A DNA stretch of 64,000 nucleotides from an uncultured Dysosmobacter sp. (GTDB lineage: Bacteria; Bacillota; Clostridia; Oscillospirales; Oscillospiraceae). This document shows positions 36,735 through 46,785 of this stretch, one piece after another (positions within the stretch are counted from its first letter, which is position 1; the number at the start of each line of letters is the position of its first letter). The notes under the pieces were generated by a model. The model saw nothing but the letters and a program-made list of their open reading frames with translations. It searched no databases and was not told where the DNA came from. Both the position numbers and the translations under genes were made by a program. The DNA lies in the NCBI RefSeq assembly GCF_947631635.1, contig NZ_CANRMB010000010.1:6884-70883 (forward strand), in the 5' to 3' direction.

Positions 36735-37187
36735 TCAGCCCAGGCGGAAAACCACGGCGTTCAGCCGCTCCACATCCCGGGGAGAGATTTTTAAGGTATG
36801 CAGCGGATCACCGCTGCCGCCATAGATGTATGCAAAATCGAGAAGACGGGCGTCGAATACGCAGGGCAGACCCGATCCGACCAGAGGGATGGCCCCGGCT
36901 GGATAGCCTGTGGCCTTTTCGGCCTTTTTCCGGTCGGCCAGCTTTAATTTGGAAAGCCCCAGCCGTGCCTTGAGCGCTTCAAAGTTTACCCTGCCCCGCT
37001 GGGCGCTGACGATCAGAGACATCAGCCCGGTCTCCGTCTGGAGGACAAGGGTGGGCGCGGCATATTGCAGATCAAAATGCCGCGCCGCGTCCTGGGTGGC
37101 GAGAATGGGGGAGTCCTGGCGGATCAGCTCGTAATCCGCCCGCTGTTCCCGCAGATATCGGTCCAGCGCTTCCAAGGTCATCATCAT
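36735..37187 (-). CDS. YbaK/EbsC-type aminoacyl-tRNA editing domain protein
   Basis: About 150 aa with [11 protein letters not shown] and the IYGGSG pattern of the YbaK fold. Confidence 0.65.
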   Translation of the reverse strand: MMMTLEALDRYLREQRADYELIRQDSPILATQDAARHFDLQYAAPTLVLQTETGLMSLIVSAQRGRVNFEALKARLGLSKLKLADRKKAEKATGYPAGAIPLVGSGLPCVFDARLLDFAYIYGGSGDPLHTLKISPRDVERLNAVVFRLG

Positions 37188-37238
37188 TCACACTCCTGTG
37201 CCGGTTTGCCCGCCGTTGTGTGCCGCATTCTGTCCGCC

Positions 37239-38090
37239 TTATCCTCTCCGCAGCGTCACCACCGCCACTTCGGGCCGGTTGAACAGGCGGAAGGTGGAGC
37301 CGGAGTTGCCCAGCCCCCGGGTGACGAACAGGGTGGAGCCGTTTTTCTCATAGAGTCCCGCCGTGTAGGAGGGGAACAGGGTGCGCTCCACCGAGATCAC
37401 CCCGTCGGTAAAGGGCAGGCGCACCAGCCCGCCGTGGCCGTGGCCGGAGACCACCAGGTCTGCCCCCAGCAGGCTGTAATGCGCGGGGAAATAATTGTTC
37501 CGGTGGGCCAGGAGGATCCAGAAGGGATCGCCATAGGCGGCATAGATCTCCGCCGCCACGGTCTCCGGCGGTTTCTGGTCCGCGTAGCCGTTGGGATCGT
37601 CGATGCCGGCCAGTACGATGGTGTCGCCGTTCCGCTCCAGCGGCAGAAACTGGTTGGACAAGACCGTCACGCCGTGTTCCGCCAAGCTCTCCTTCAGCTC
37701 CGGCACGCCGCCGATGGCCCACTCGTGGTTGCCGGTGATGTAATACGTGGGAGCGATGGCGGAAAGCCCCTCCGCCGCAGCGGCGGCATAGCCTTCAGGA
37801 ATCTCATGGAAGGCGTCCAGCAGGTCCCCCACGAAGAAAATGTAATCCGGCGCCGCTTCCCGGACGGCGTTCAGCAGGCCGGTGTTGTCCTCGCCGAAAC
37901 AGGCGGTGTGCAGGTCGCCCAGCACCACGATGCGGCAGCCGTCGAATCCGGCGGGCAGGTCCGCCAGGGACGGCTCAAAATGTGTGACCTGCAAAGCGCT
38001 GTTGTCCCAGCGGATAAAAAGAGCAGCCAGAGCCGCCAGAAACAACAGCGTCAAGACCGCCCGCAGGGGGCGGTGTTTCCGGTTTTTCAT
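37239..38090 (-). CDS. Membrane-anchored metallophosphoesterase
   Basis: N-terminal TM span; calcineurin-like motifs LGDLH, GDLLD, GNHE and SGHGHGG. Confidence 0.8.
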   Translation of the reverse strand: MKNRKHRPLRAVLTLLFLAALAALFIRWDNSALQVTHFEPSLADLPAGFDGCRIVVLGDLHTACFGEDNTGLLNAVREAAPDYIFFVGDLLDAFHEIPEGYAAAAAEGLSAIAPTYYITGNHEWAIGGVPELKESLAEHGVTVLSNQFLPLERNGDTIVLAGIDDPNGYADQKPPETVAAEIYAAYGDPFWILLAHRNNYFPAHYSLLGADLVVSGHGHGGLVRLPFTDGVISVERTLFPSYTAGLYEKNGSTLFVTRGLGNSGSTFRLFNRPEVAVVTLRRG

Positions 38091-38156
38091 AAAAGAGCGG
38101 CCCCCTTTTGCCGCGGGATCCGAAACACACGTCAGAGACGTGAAAAAAGCATAAGT

Positions 38157-38188
38157 CGTGCCGGACCGGCACGATTTATATTATAACA
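38157..38188 (-). promoter_or_regulatory. Extended -10 promoter (TGTTATAAT) followed by a 17-bp palindrome
   Basis: The minus strand reads TGTTATAAT (38180-38188) and then CGTGCCGGTCCGGCACG (38157-73), upstream of the phosphoesterase-ybaK-mnmG cluster. No good -35 box. Confidence 0.4.
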
Positions 38189-38418
38189 TAAGGAGTATTT
38201 ACGTGGCGAGAGAAAAAATGTACAAAGAAGCGGGAAAAACCGGTTTGAATTCCGCACGTTTCAAGGCTTTTTTCACACAGGAAGCGGGGAAGAGGCGTTT
38301 GCGCCCGCCGGAGAGGACGGTTTTGAAATCCTGCGGGGCTGGGGGACATGACTGCCAAAGAAAAATGTCAAAACACACAAGAGAGAAAATAAAATTTTAT
38401 ATAAAAAGCCGAAAATAC

Positions 38419-38447
38419 TTGACTTCATCATAAACCTCTGTTATAGT
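38419..38447 (+). promoter_or_regulatory. Sigma-70-type promoter of a small transcription unit
   Basis: TTGACT, 17 nt, TATAGT. Confidence 0.6.
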
Positions 38448-38484
38448 AGACATAACCTGAAAAGAAAGGGGTGATTGGAACATT

Positions 38485-38565
38485 ATGATGAAGCACGCTC
38501 TGTCGCGTGGGGATATCGACGATTTGATCTTTTTAGATGACGTCTGGACGCTCAGTGAGCGATGA
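38485..38565 (+). CDS. Candidate 26-aa micropeptide (MMKHALSRGDIDDLIFLDDVWTLSER)
   Basis: AAAGGGGTGA RBS about 8 nt upstream. Promoter about 40 nt upstream and a terminator 10 nt after the stop. Too short for the ORF track. Confidence 0.4.
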   Translation: MMKHALSRGDIDDLIFLDDVWTLSER

Positions 38566-38574
38566 TCAATGGAA

Positions 38575-38606
38575 GCCACGCCTGTTGGGCGTGGGTTTTT
38601 CTTTTG
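38575..38606 (+). terminator. Intrinsic terminator
   Basis: CCACGCC-TGTT-GGGCGTGG followed by GTTTTTCTTTT. Confidence 0.7.
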
Positions 38607-38864
38607 TACGGCAGTTTGACAGGCGGGAACACCCGTTTACGATAAATGACCCGAAAAACAGAAACTTCAAAAAGAGCTGGTCAGGACACCCTGGCCGGCT
38701 CTTTTGGCGAAAGGGCGCAAAAAGGAAGAAAAAGTGGGAAAAAATGAAAAAAGCCCGTAGCATTTTTGCTGAAAATATGATACGCTGAAAGCAAGAAAAG
38801 CCCCTGGCTGAGTCAGCCGGCACGTTGGGAGCGTGCGGGGCTTTGCAGCAGAGGAGAGAGAACG

Positions 38865-39512
38865 ATGGGAAGGAAGGTTTGGCTGGCGCTGCTCCTGATC
38901 CTGCTCTTATCAGGATGCGGAAATTCCACGGAGGAAACAGAGAAAACGGCCGCAGACCCGCCAACACAGGCGGAGGAGACACTGCCGGCGGCGGAGACGG
39001 CGGCCCTGCGGACCGCCCAGGTGGAGGCGGACGCCCGGCCCTTGACGGAGGAGGAGCTTTTGGCGGCGTATGACCGGGCGGTCCGGGTATACAGCTGGTT
39101 CGACCTGTCGCCGCTGGCGACCACCGGAGAAGGTGTGGAGGCGGACGGCGCGCTGTACCGCATGGTGGACGTCCGGGGCCTGTATGACCTGGAGGATCTG
39201 CGGAACGACCTGCGGGCCGTGTTTTCGGAAGATGTGACGGAACAGCTGCTGGCCGCCGGCGGGGACCGTCCCCTGTACCGGGATATTGACGGCGCGCTTT
39301 ACGGAAGAGGGAGCGGCCGGGAAAAGGATCCCTATAAGGGCGCGGTGCAGATCCAGACGGAACAGGTCGGCGAAACGGCATATGCGGTCGATGTCATGGT
39401 GGACCTTCTGGATGACGACCAGGTCACGGTGACAGGGGTGGAGTGCTGGTCCTTCCCCTATGTCTTTGAAAATGGGCGCTGGGTGTTCACGGAATTCAGC
39501 CTGGTGTATTGA
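38865..39512 (+). CDS. Lipoprotein, possibly IseA/YoeB-like
   Basis: Lipobox LLLSGCG and an acidic linker. The pattern AYDRAVRVYSWF...LYRMV...DLEDLRNDLRAVFSEDV...DIDGALY recalls IseA-type inhibitor domains (from memory, weak). Confidence 0.6.
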   Translation: MGRKVWLALLLILLLSGCGNSTEETEKTAADPPTQAEETLPAAETAALRTAQVEADARPLTEEELLAAYDRAVRVYSWFDLSPLATTGEGVEADGALYRMVDVRGLYDLEDLRNDLRAVFSEDVTEQLLAAGGDRPLYRDIDGALYGRGSGREKDPYKGAVQIQTEQVGETAYAVDVMVDLLDDDQVTVTGVECWSFPYVFENGRWVFTEFSLVY

Positions 39513-39570
39513 AACGCAAAAAAAACGCAAAAAGCGGAGGAAATATCAACGCAAAATTTACAAAAGTCCT

Positions 39571-39610
39571 AAAAGCCTTTTGGAAGATTTTCTTTCAAAA
39601 GGCTTTTTTA
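39571..39610 (+). terminator. Intrinsic terminator
   Basis: 11-bp stem AAAAGCCTTTT/AAAAGGCTTTT followed by a T-run. Confidence 0.65.
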
Positions 39611-39758
39611 TAAGAAACGTCATTTTTTTGCGCTATAAAACTGCGAAATTTGCGAAAATTTGCCTGAATTTAAGAACAATTTTACCGGAAGTTTGTGTTA
39701 ATTTTTGGATAAAACGTAAAAAATACAACGTTTGCGCAAGAAAAAGCAAAAGTGTTAC

Positions 39759-39786
39759 TTGAAAAAACGTTCACGTGTGTTAGAAT
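39759..39786 (+). promoter_or_regulatory. Promoter of hppA
   Basis: TTGAAA, 16 nt, TAGAAT with a TGT extension. Confidence 0.55.
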
Positions 39787-39831
39787 GATATAGCACTGTA
39801 AAACACACAAAACCAATAAGGAGTGGAAAAA

Positions 39832-41919
<2,088 letters not shown>

Positions 41920-41949
41920 GCACTGCTTGACAGCGTTCGCCACATACGA

Positions 41950-41988
41950 AAAGACGCCCTCCGTTTCCCGGCGGAGGGCGTCTTTTTG
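41950..41988 (+). terminator. Intrinsic terminator
   Basis: 12-bp stem AGACGCCCTCCG/CGGAGGGCGTCT followed by TTTTT. Confidence 0.85.
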
Positions 41989-42014
41989 CGCTCAATCAGA
42001 ATCCCTTGTATCAG

Positions 42015-42057
42015 TAATCATCACATTTGCAAGCCATGCAGTCAAATGTGATATGAT
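42015..42057. promoter_or_regulatory. Inverted repeat (candidate operator) upstream of the second ECF sigma gene
   Basis: ATCACATTTG (42020-29) and CAAATGTGAT (42043-52) are perfect 10-bp arms. With a 2-nt indel they extend to about 15 bp. The right arm runs into a TATGAT -10-like box. Confidence 0.45.
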
Positions 42058-42132
42058 AAAGAAAAATATTTTTGAAAATAGATGTCAGGTTTCCTTTTAG
42101 AAGCTGTGTATATAGGTGAAAGGAGGATTCAT

Positions 42133-42693
42133 ATGGATGATGAGAGCATTATCCAGTTGTATTGGGATAGAAACGACCAAGCCATTCGTATAACGTCCGA
42201 AAAGTACGGCCACTATTGCAAATCCATAGCAAGAAATATTTTGGACAATGATGAAGATGCGGAGGAATGTGTCAATGATACTTATTTGAACGCATGGAAC
42301 TCCATGCCAATGCATTGGCCTAAACAGTTATCAACATTCCTTGGTAAAATCACTCGAAATTTGTCCTTTAACAAGTATAAACACAACCGTGCCGAAAAGC
42401 GAGGCAGTGGAGAGATAACACTTGTTCTGGATGAATTAGCAGATTGTGTATCAGATACGGAAAATATCGAACAGATCATTGACCGCCGAGAATTGGCAAA
42501 AGCAATCAATTCATTTGTAAGAGGCCTTTCAACAGGAAAACGGAATCTATTTATTCGGCGCTATTGGTATGCGGATCCCGTCTTAAAAATCGCAGCAGAC
42601 TATGGAATGCTGCAAGGAAGCGTGTCAAAGACCCTGGAGCGGACAAGGAAGCAGTTAAAGGCGTATTTGACAGAAAGGGGCTTTGAATTATGA
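42133..42693 (+). CDS. ECF-type / sigma-70-family sigma factor, in a low-G+C island
   Basis: DAEECVNDTYLNAWN (region 2) and PVLKIAADYGMLQGSVSKTLERTRKQLK (region 4). AAAGGAGG RBS. Confidence 0.8.
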   Translation: MDDESIIQLYWDRNDQAIRITSEKYGHYCKSIARNILDNDEDAEECVNDTYLNAWNSMPMHWPKQLSTFLGKITRNLSFNKYKHNRAEKRGSGEITLVLDELADCVSDTENIEQIIDRRELAKAINSFVRGLSTGKRNLFIRRYWYADPVLKIAADYGMLQGSVSKTLERTRKQLKAYLTERGFEL

Positions 42694-43868
42694 AGAAAGA
42701 GGATTTTTTTGAAGCCCTCTGCGAGCTTGATGACGATCTTTTGAGGGGGGCTGAAACACCTGTGAGAAAGAAAATGAATTGGAGGATTTGGGGAACAATA
42801 GCCGCTTGCTTTGCCGTATTCGTTGCTATTAGCGGCATATTATCTTACTTTAACAGTGGAATGGTTGTAACGGCTTATGCATGTGGAACGGATGAAGAGA
42901 TCACAGAGGCAGGGGCTGTTATCCATACAGGAACGATCAGCGATACCGGAGAAATGAAAGGGCATCCGTTGATGTTCTATCTTTCCGGCGAGGATATTGA
43001 AACTGTCCGGTTCTCTTGCAAAAACCATCAAATCAACTTTATGGACTGGACGGAAACGAGAGATGAGTATGGGGAAGCTCAAAACTTCACGGTGACTTAT
43101 GGTGAGGACGAGAGCGAGTATTATTATTTGACGATTGATTGGGTGCCCAACACGATAATCCGTGCTCTGACGGATAACCCGGAAACTACTATTGCGACAC
43201 TTCCGGCGGAATTGCGCGAGGATATTATCGTTATGGAGATTACCTTTGCGAATGGTAAAACCGCGACAAAGGCCATTACCGTTTCTTTGCTGGAAGATGG
43301 AACTTTTTTTGCCACCTTTGATAATTACAAAGTCAGTGAAGCTGATGATTTCATTAAGCGTACTGACAGTGTGGCAATTCCCCGGAATATTCTTTATGGT
43401 CAAGGTTCCGACCCTGCTGGTGAGGGAACTCCGGGCAGCGGAGGACCGGTTAGAGGCGGCGCAGTGGATGATATGCCCCAGGTGGAAAATCGCAGATCTG
43501 ATGATGCGGAGACGGCGCAACCAGCTGCGATTTCAACCCACGGTGTGGCTGACGCACCACCAATGGTTTATGTAAATGGTGTACTTTACAAACAAAGCAC
43601 CGAACAGATTTCATATGGGGAGATGAAAGAAGAATTTATCTGCTTGGGAAAGATTGAAAGCACAGCTTCTGAAGAGGGGGTGCCGAAAGAGGATCTCCAA
43701 GCGAATGATTCTATTGTCGGCTGCGAGGTATATCAATACGGCGAGAACATCGTTGTTCATATCGGTGACGCGTATTGGTTATATACACAGTATGGCGAAC
43801 GTGAAGTCAGCTGGGGCAACCTTTCTGAGCAGGAAAAGAAAAATTTAGACCCTGCTTATAGGAGATAG
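42690..43868 (+). CDS. Putative anti-sigma factor / single-pass membrane protein
   Basis: ATGA overlap with the sigma gene, a short cytoplasmic N-terminus, TM WRIWGTIAACFAVFVAISGIL, and a large uncharacterised extracytoplasmic domain. Confidence 0.5.
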   Translation: MKKEDFFEALCELDDDLLRGAETPVRKKMNWRIWGTIAACFAVFVAISGILSYFNSGMVVTAYACGTDEEITEAGAVIHTGTISDTGEMKGHPLMFYLSGEDIETVRFSCKNHQINFMDWTETRDEYGEAQNFTVTYGEDESEYYYLTIDWVPNTIIRALTDNPETTIATLPAELREDIIVMEITFANGKTATKAITVSLLEDGTFFATFDNYKVSEADDFIKRTDSVAIPRNILYGQGSDPAGEGTPGSGGPVRGGAVDDMPQVENRRSDDAETAQPAAISTHGVADAPPMVYVNGVLYKQSTEQISYGEMKEEFICLGKIESTASEEGVPKEDLQANDSIVGCEVYQYGENIVVHIGDAYWLYTQYGEREVSWGNLSEQEKKNLDPAYRR

Positions 43869-44191
43869 CATACGGCGTTCCAACGATACGATAGCATACG
43901 TCAAGAAGGAAGCTGTTCCGATTTTGGGGCGGCTTCCTTCTTCAAATCCGCGCACGCACCATGGACAAGGCGGATTTGTATAATTTTGCAGGTATATACC
44001 AGAGAATCGGATTTAACGCACCGGGAACACAAAAGCCGTCGGCCTGTCTAAAAACGCGAACATGCCGGTATCTCTTTTTTCAAAACAGCAAACGGCCGGA
44101 TGAGACACAAGGCTCCTCTTTCGGATGTTTTCAAGAGGAAAATCCTCTAAAAATTAAGCGGGAAAAGGCGACAACAAATCGCGCTCTTTGC

Positions 44192-44220
44192 TTGACAGGG
44201 TAATCGTTTACCGATATAAT
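44192..44220 (+). promoter_or_regulatory. Perfect consensus sigma-70-type promoter
   Basis: TTGACA, 17 nt, TATAAT. Confidence 0.7.
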
Positions 44221-44298
44221 GTTTAACGGAAAACCTGTGAAAGCCGCCTAAAACAGCGGTTTTTCCTAAAATACAGATCAGGAAAGGAAAGCACGAAC

Positions 44299-44991
44299 AT
44301 GATTTATTCTACCGAAGTGCAGAACATGTGCCCCGTTGCCAAGGGCGCGTACCATGGTCCGGCGCCCATTCCCGAAGAGGGCAAATGGGTCCAGGCCAAG
44401 GAGATCAAGGACATCTCCGGTCTGACTCACGGTGTGGGCTGGTGCGCTCCCCAGCAGGGCGCCTGCAAGCTGACCCTGAACGTGAAGGACGGCATCATCG
44501 AGGAGGCCCTGGTGGAGACCCTGGGCTGCTCCGGCATGACCCACTCCGCAGCCATGGCGTCCGAGATCCTCATCGGCAAGACGCTGTTGGAGGCCCTGAA
44601 TACCGACCTGGTGTGCGACGCCATCAACACCGCCATGCGGGAGCTGTTCCTCCAGATCGTCTATGGCCGCACCCAGACCGCGTTCTCCGAGGGCGGCCTG
44701 CCCATCGGCGCCTCCCTGGAGGACCTGGGCAAGGGCCTGCGGAGCCAGGTGGGCACCATGTTTGCCTCCAAGGCCAAGGGTCCCCGCTATCTGGAGATGG
44801 CCGAGGGCTATGTCACCCGCATCGCCTTGAACAAGGATGACGAGATCATCGGATATGAGTTCATCAATCTGGGTAAGATGATGAACAGCATCAAAAAGGG
44901 GCTGGATGCCAACGCGGCGCTGGAGAAGGCCAAGGGCCACTACGGCCAGTTTGAGAATGCCGCCAAGTACATCGACCCCCGTCACGAATAA
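44299..44991 (+). CDS. NifU/IscU-like domain protein, partner of the GGGtGRT protein
   Basis: Cys-containing N-terminal scaffold-like region (GWCAPQQGACKL...LGCSGMTHSAAMASE). Co-transcribed with the GGGtGRT gene. Confidence 0.6.
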   Translation: MIYSTEVQNMCPVAKGAYHGPAPIPEEGKWVQAKEIKDISGLTHGVGWCAPQQGACKLTLNVKDGIIEEALVETLGCSGMTHSAAMASEILIGKTLLEALNTDLVCDAINTAMRELFLQIVYGRTQTAFSEGGLPIGASLEDLGKGLRSQVGTMFASKAKGPRYLEMAEGYVTRIALNKDDEIIGYEFINLGKMMNSIKKGLDANAALEKAKGHYGQFENAAKYIDPRHE

Positions 44992-45009
44992 AAAAGGAGG
45001 AATTGACCA

Positions 45010-46008
45010 ATGGCTCTGTTTGAAAGCTACGAGAGAAGAATCGACAAGATCAATTCCGTCCTGTCCCAGTACGGAATTTCCAGCGTGGAGGAGTGCCGCG
45101 AGATCTGCACCGCCGCTGGCTTCGACCCCTATGAGATCGTCAAGGGCATCCAGCCCATCGCCTTTGAAAATGCCGGCTGGGCGTACTGCGTGGGTGCGGC
45201 CATCGCGTTGAAGAAGGGTGTCAAGACCGCCGCCGAGGCCGCCGAGTGCATCGGCGTGGGCCTCCAGGCCTTCTGCATCCCCGGCTCTGTGGCCGAGGAC
45301 CGCAAGGTGGGCCTGGGCCACGGCAACCTGGGCGCCATGCTGCTGCGGGACGAGACCAAGTGCTTTGCCTTCCTGGCGGGACACGAGTCCTTCGCCGCCG
45401 CCGAGGGCGCCATCGGCATCGTCCGCAACGCCAACAAGGCCCGCAAGGAGCCCCTGCGGGTCATCCTGAACGGCCTGGGCAAGGACGCCGCCCAGATCAT
45501 CAGCCGCATCAACGGCTTCACCTATGTCCAAACCAAGTTCGACTACTACACCGGCGAGCTGACCATCGTCAAGGAGATCCGCTACTCCGAGGGCGAGCGG
45601 GCCAATGTCCGCTGCTACGGCGCCGACGATGTGCGTGAGGGCGTGGCCATCATGCACAAGGAGGGGGTGGACGTGTCCATCACCGGCAACTCCACCAACC
45701 CCACCCGTTTCCAGCACCCGGTGGCGGGCACCTACAAGAAGGAGTGCATCGAGCAGGGCAAGAGGTACTTCTCCGTGGCCTCCGGCGGCGGCACCGGCCG
45801 CACCCTGCACCCTGACAACATGGCCGCCGGTCCCGCCAGCTACGGCATGACCGACACCATGGGCCGCATGCACAGCGACGCCCAGTTTGCGGGCAGCTCC
45901 TCCGTCCCCGCCCATGTGGAGATGATGGGTTTCCTGGGCATGGGCAACAACCCCATGGTGGGCGCCACGGTCGCCGTGGCTGTGGCGGTTGCCGAAAGCC
46001 AGAAGTAA
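45010..46008 (+). CDS. GGGtGRT-family protein (function unknown)
   Basis: Contains the eponymous SGGGTGRTLHP motif. AGGAGG RBS. Ala/Val-rich C-terminal tail GATVAVAVAVAESQK. Confidence 0.8.
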   Translation: MALFESYERRIDKINSVLSQYGISSVEECREICTAAGFDPYEIVKGIQPIAFENAGWAYCVGAAIALKKGVKTAAEAAECIGVGLQAFCIPGSVAEDRKVGLGHGNLGAMLLRDETKCFAFLAGHESFAAAEGAIGIVRNANKARKEPLRVILNGLGKDAAQIISRINGFTYVQTKFDYYTGELTIVKEIRYSEGERANVRCYGADDVREGVAIMHKEGVDVSITGNSTNPTRFQHPVAGTYKKECIEQGKRYFSVASGGGTGRTLHPDNMAAGPASYGMTDTMGRMHSDAQFAGSSSVPAHVEMMGFLGMGNNPMVGATVAVAVAVAESQK

Positions 46009-46009
46009 G
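45960..46009 (+). repeat. Direct repeat copy 1 (3' end of the GGGtGRT gene)
   Basis: 50 nt, identical at 47 of 50 positions to 52293-52342 in the same orientation. Confidence 0.85.
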
Positions 46010-46055
46010 AAAAATTCGAAAGACACACAGTTTTCGCAACTTTTTGAGGAATATA

Positions 46056-46091
46056 AAAACTGCCCGTTTCTGTATGAAACGGGCAGTTTTA
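46056..46091 (+). terminator. Intrinsic terminator
   Basis: AAAACTGCCCGTTTC-TGTAT-GAAACGGGCAGTTTT. Confidence 0.85.
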
Positions 46092-46657
46092 TCTGGGCTT
46101 CTGAAACCGGAGGACATGCTCCGGCACCGTCTTCATATTCCGCTCTCAGCGGCAGTGGCGGCAGGGGGAGAGTCGTCAACTACCACCCGATCACGGTGCT
46201 TGCCGACAGCAACGTCGATAGCCGCTGCTGTGCCGCGGAAGCTGGTGTGGTCACGAGACCTGTAAAGGGCTGCAAAGACCTTGGCTGCGGCGGTATTCAG
46301 GGAGCCGGAAAGGCGGTTCAAGAAGGTGCAAAACGCGGTGCGCTCAAAGCTGTAGTGGATATTGCTTGTGCGGCAGAACAAACGTCCTTTTATCGAAGCC
46401 CCGCCGGACTGGCAGCCATTTACAGCTGGGCGCTCATGTTTATTCCACGCTGCGGGGCTTACTGATGGGGCCTGCCCAGGGGCGATTGACGTTCCAGCGG
46501 GGAGACGCCGCCTTTGTTCCCGCAGGCACCCGGCGTCATGTGGTACACGGGAAAAACACCTCTAAAGCCCCGCTCCATCTGTGCGCCGCCTGCTATCCCC
46601 ACAGGACAGGGCACCGGACAAAGGCAGATGGGAGATATGACGGAGCTAAGACAGCGA

Positions 46658-46701
46658 CAGGAGGAGCCGCGGCAGACAGCCGGGGCTCCTCCTGCTTTTT
46701 T
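46658..46701 (+). terminator. Terminator-like hairpin with a T-run on the + strand
   Basis: 11-bp stem CAGGAGGAGCC/GGCTCCTCCTG followed by CTTTTTT. No convincing upstream coding sequence. Confidence 0.5.
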
Positions 46702-46785
46702 AGGGGGGGAGAGTTTTTAGGTGACCGCACAAATTTCGCGGCCGACTTTTAAAATGAACCTATGGCGCTTGAGCTTTCGCAGATA

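Noticed and set aside
35011-36825. 604-aa ORF antisense to mnmG, and similar long antisense ORFs at 54797-56665, 57766-59229, 5936-7141, 6924-8459 and 32232-33761
   Set aside because: All are off-strand products of high-G+C coding regions, with no start-site signals and low-complexity composition.
38204-38433. 77-aa very basic ORF with AAGGAG-7 nt-GTG
   Set aside because: Its RBS and start are plausible. However, its 3' end overlaps the promoter of the next unit, its composition follows the local A-richness, and it lies antisense to the predicted phosphoesterase promoter. Left uncalled rather than excluded.
38537-38788. 83-aa + strand ORF
   Set aside because: It reads straight through the intrinsic terminator at 38575-38606 and has no RBS. 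The 26-codon ORF upstream fits the signals better.
38566-39381. 271-aa Pro-rich ORF on the - strand
   Set aside because: Antisense to the lipoprotein gene and to intergenic terminators. Extreme Pro/Arg/Ala composition.
39513-39720. Short A/T-rich reiterations (ACGCAAAA three times; GCGAAATTTGCGAAAATTTGC)
   Set aside because: Low-complexity intergenic sequence, not a CRISPR or tandem-repeat array. It may contribute curvature or UP-element function, but nothing specific can be supported.
44278-46179. 633-aa ORF antisense to the NifU-like and GGGtGRT genes
   Set aside because: Shadow ORF that spans two sense genes and their intergenic RBS.
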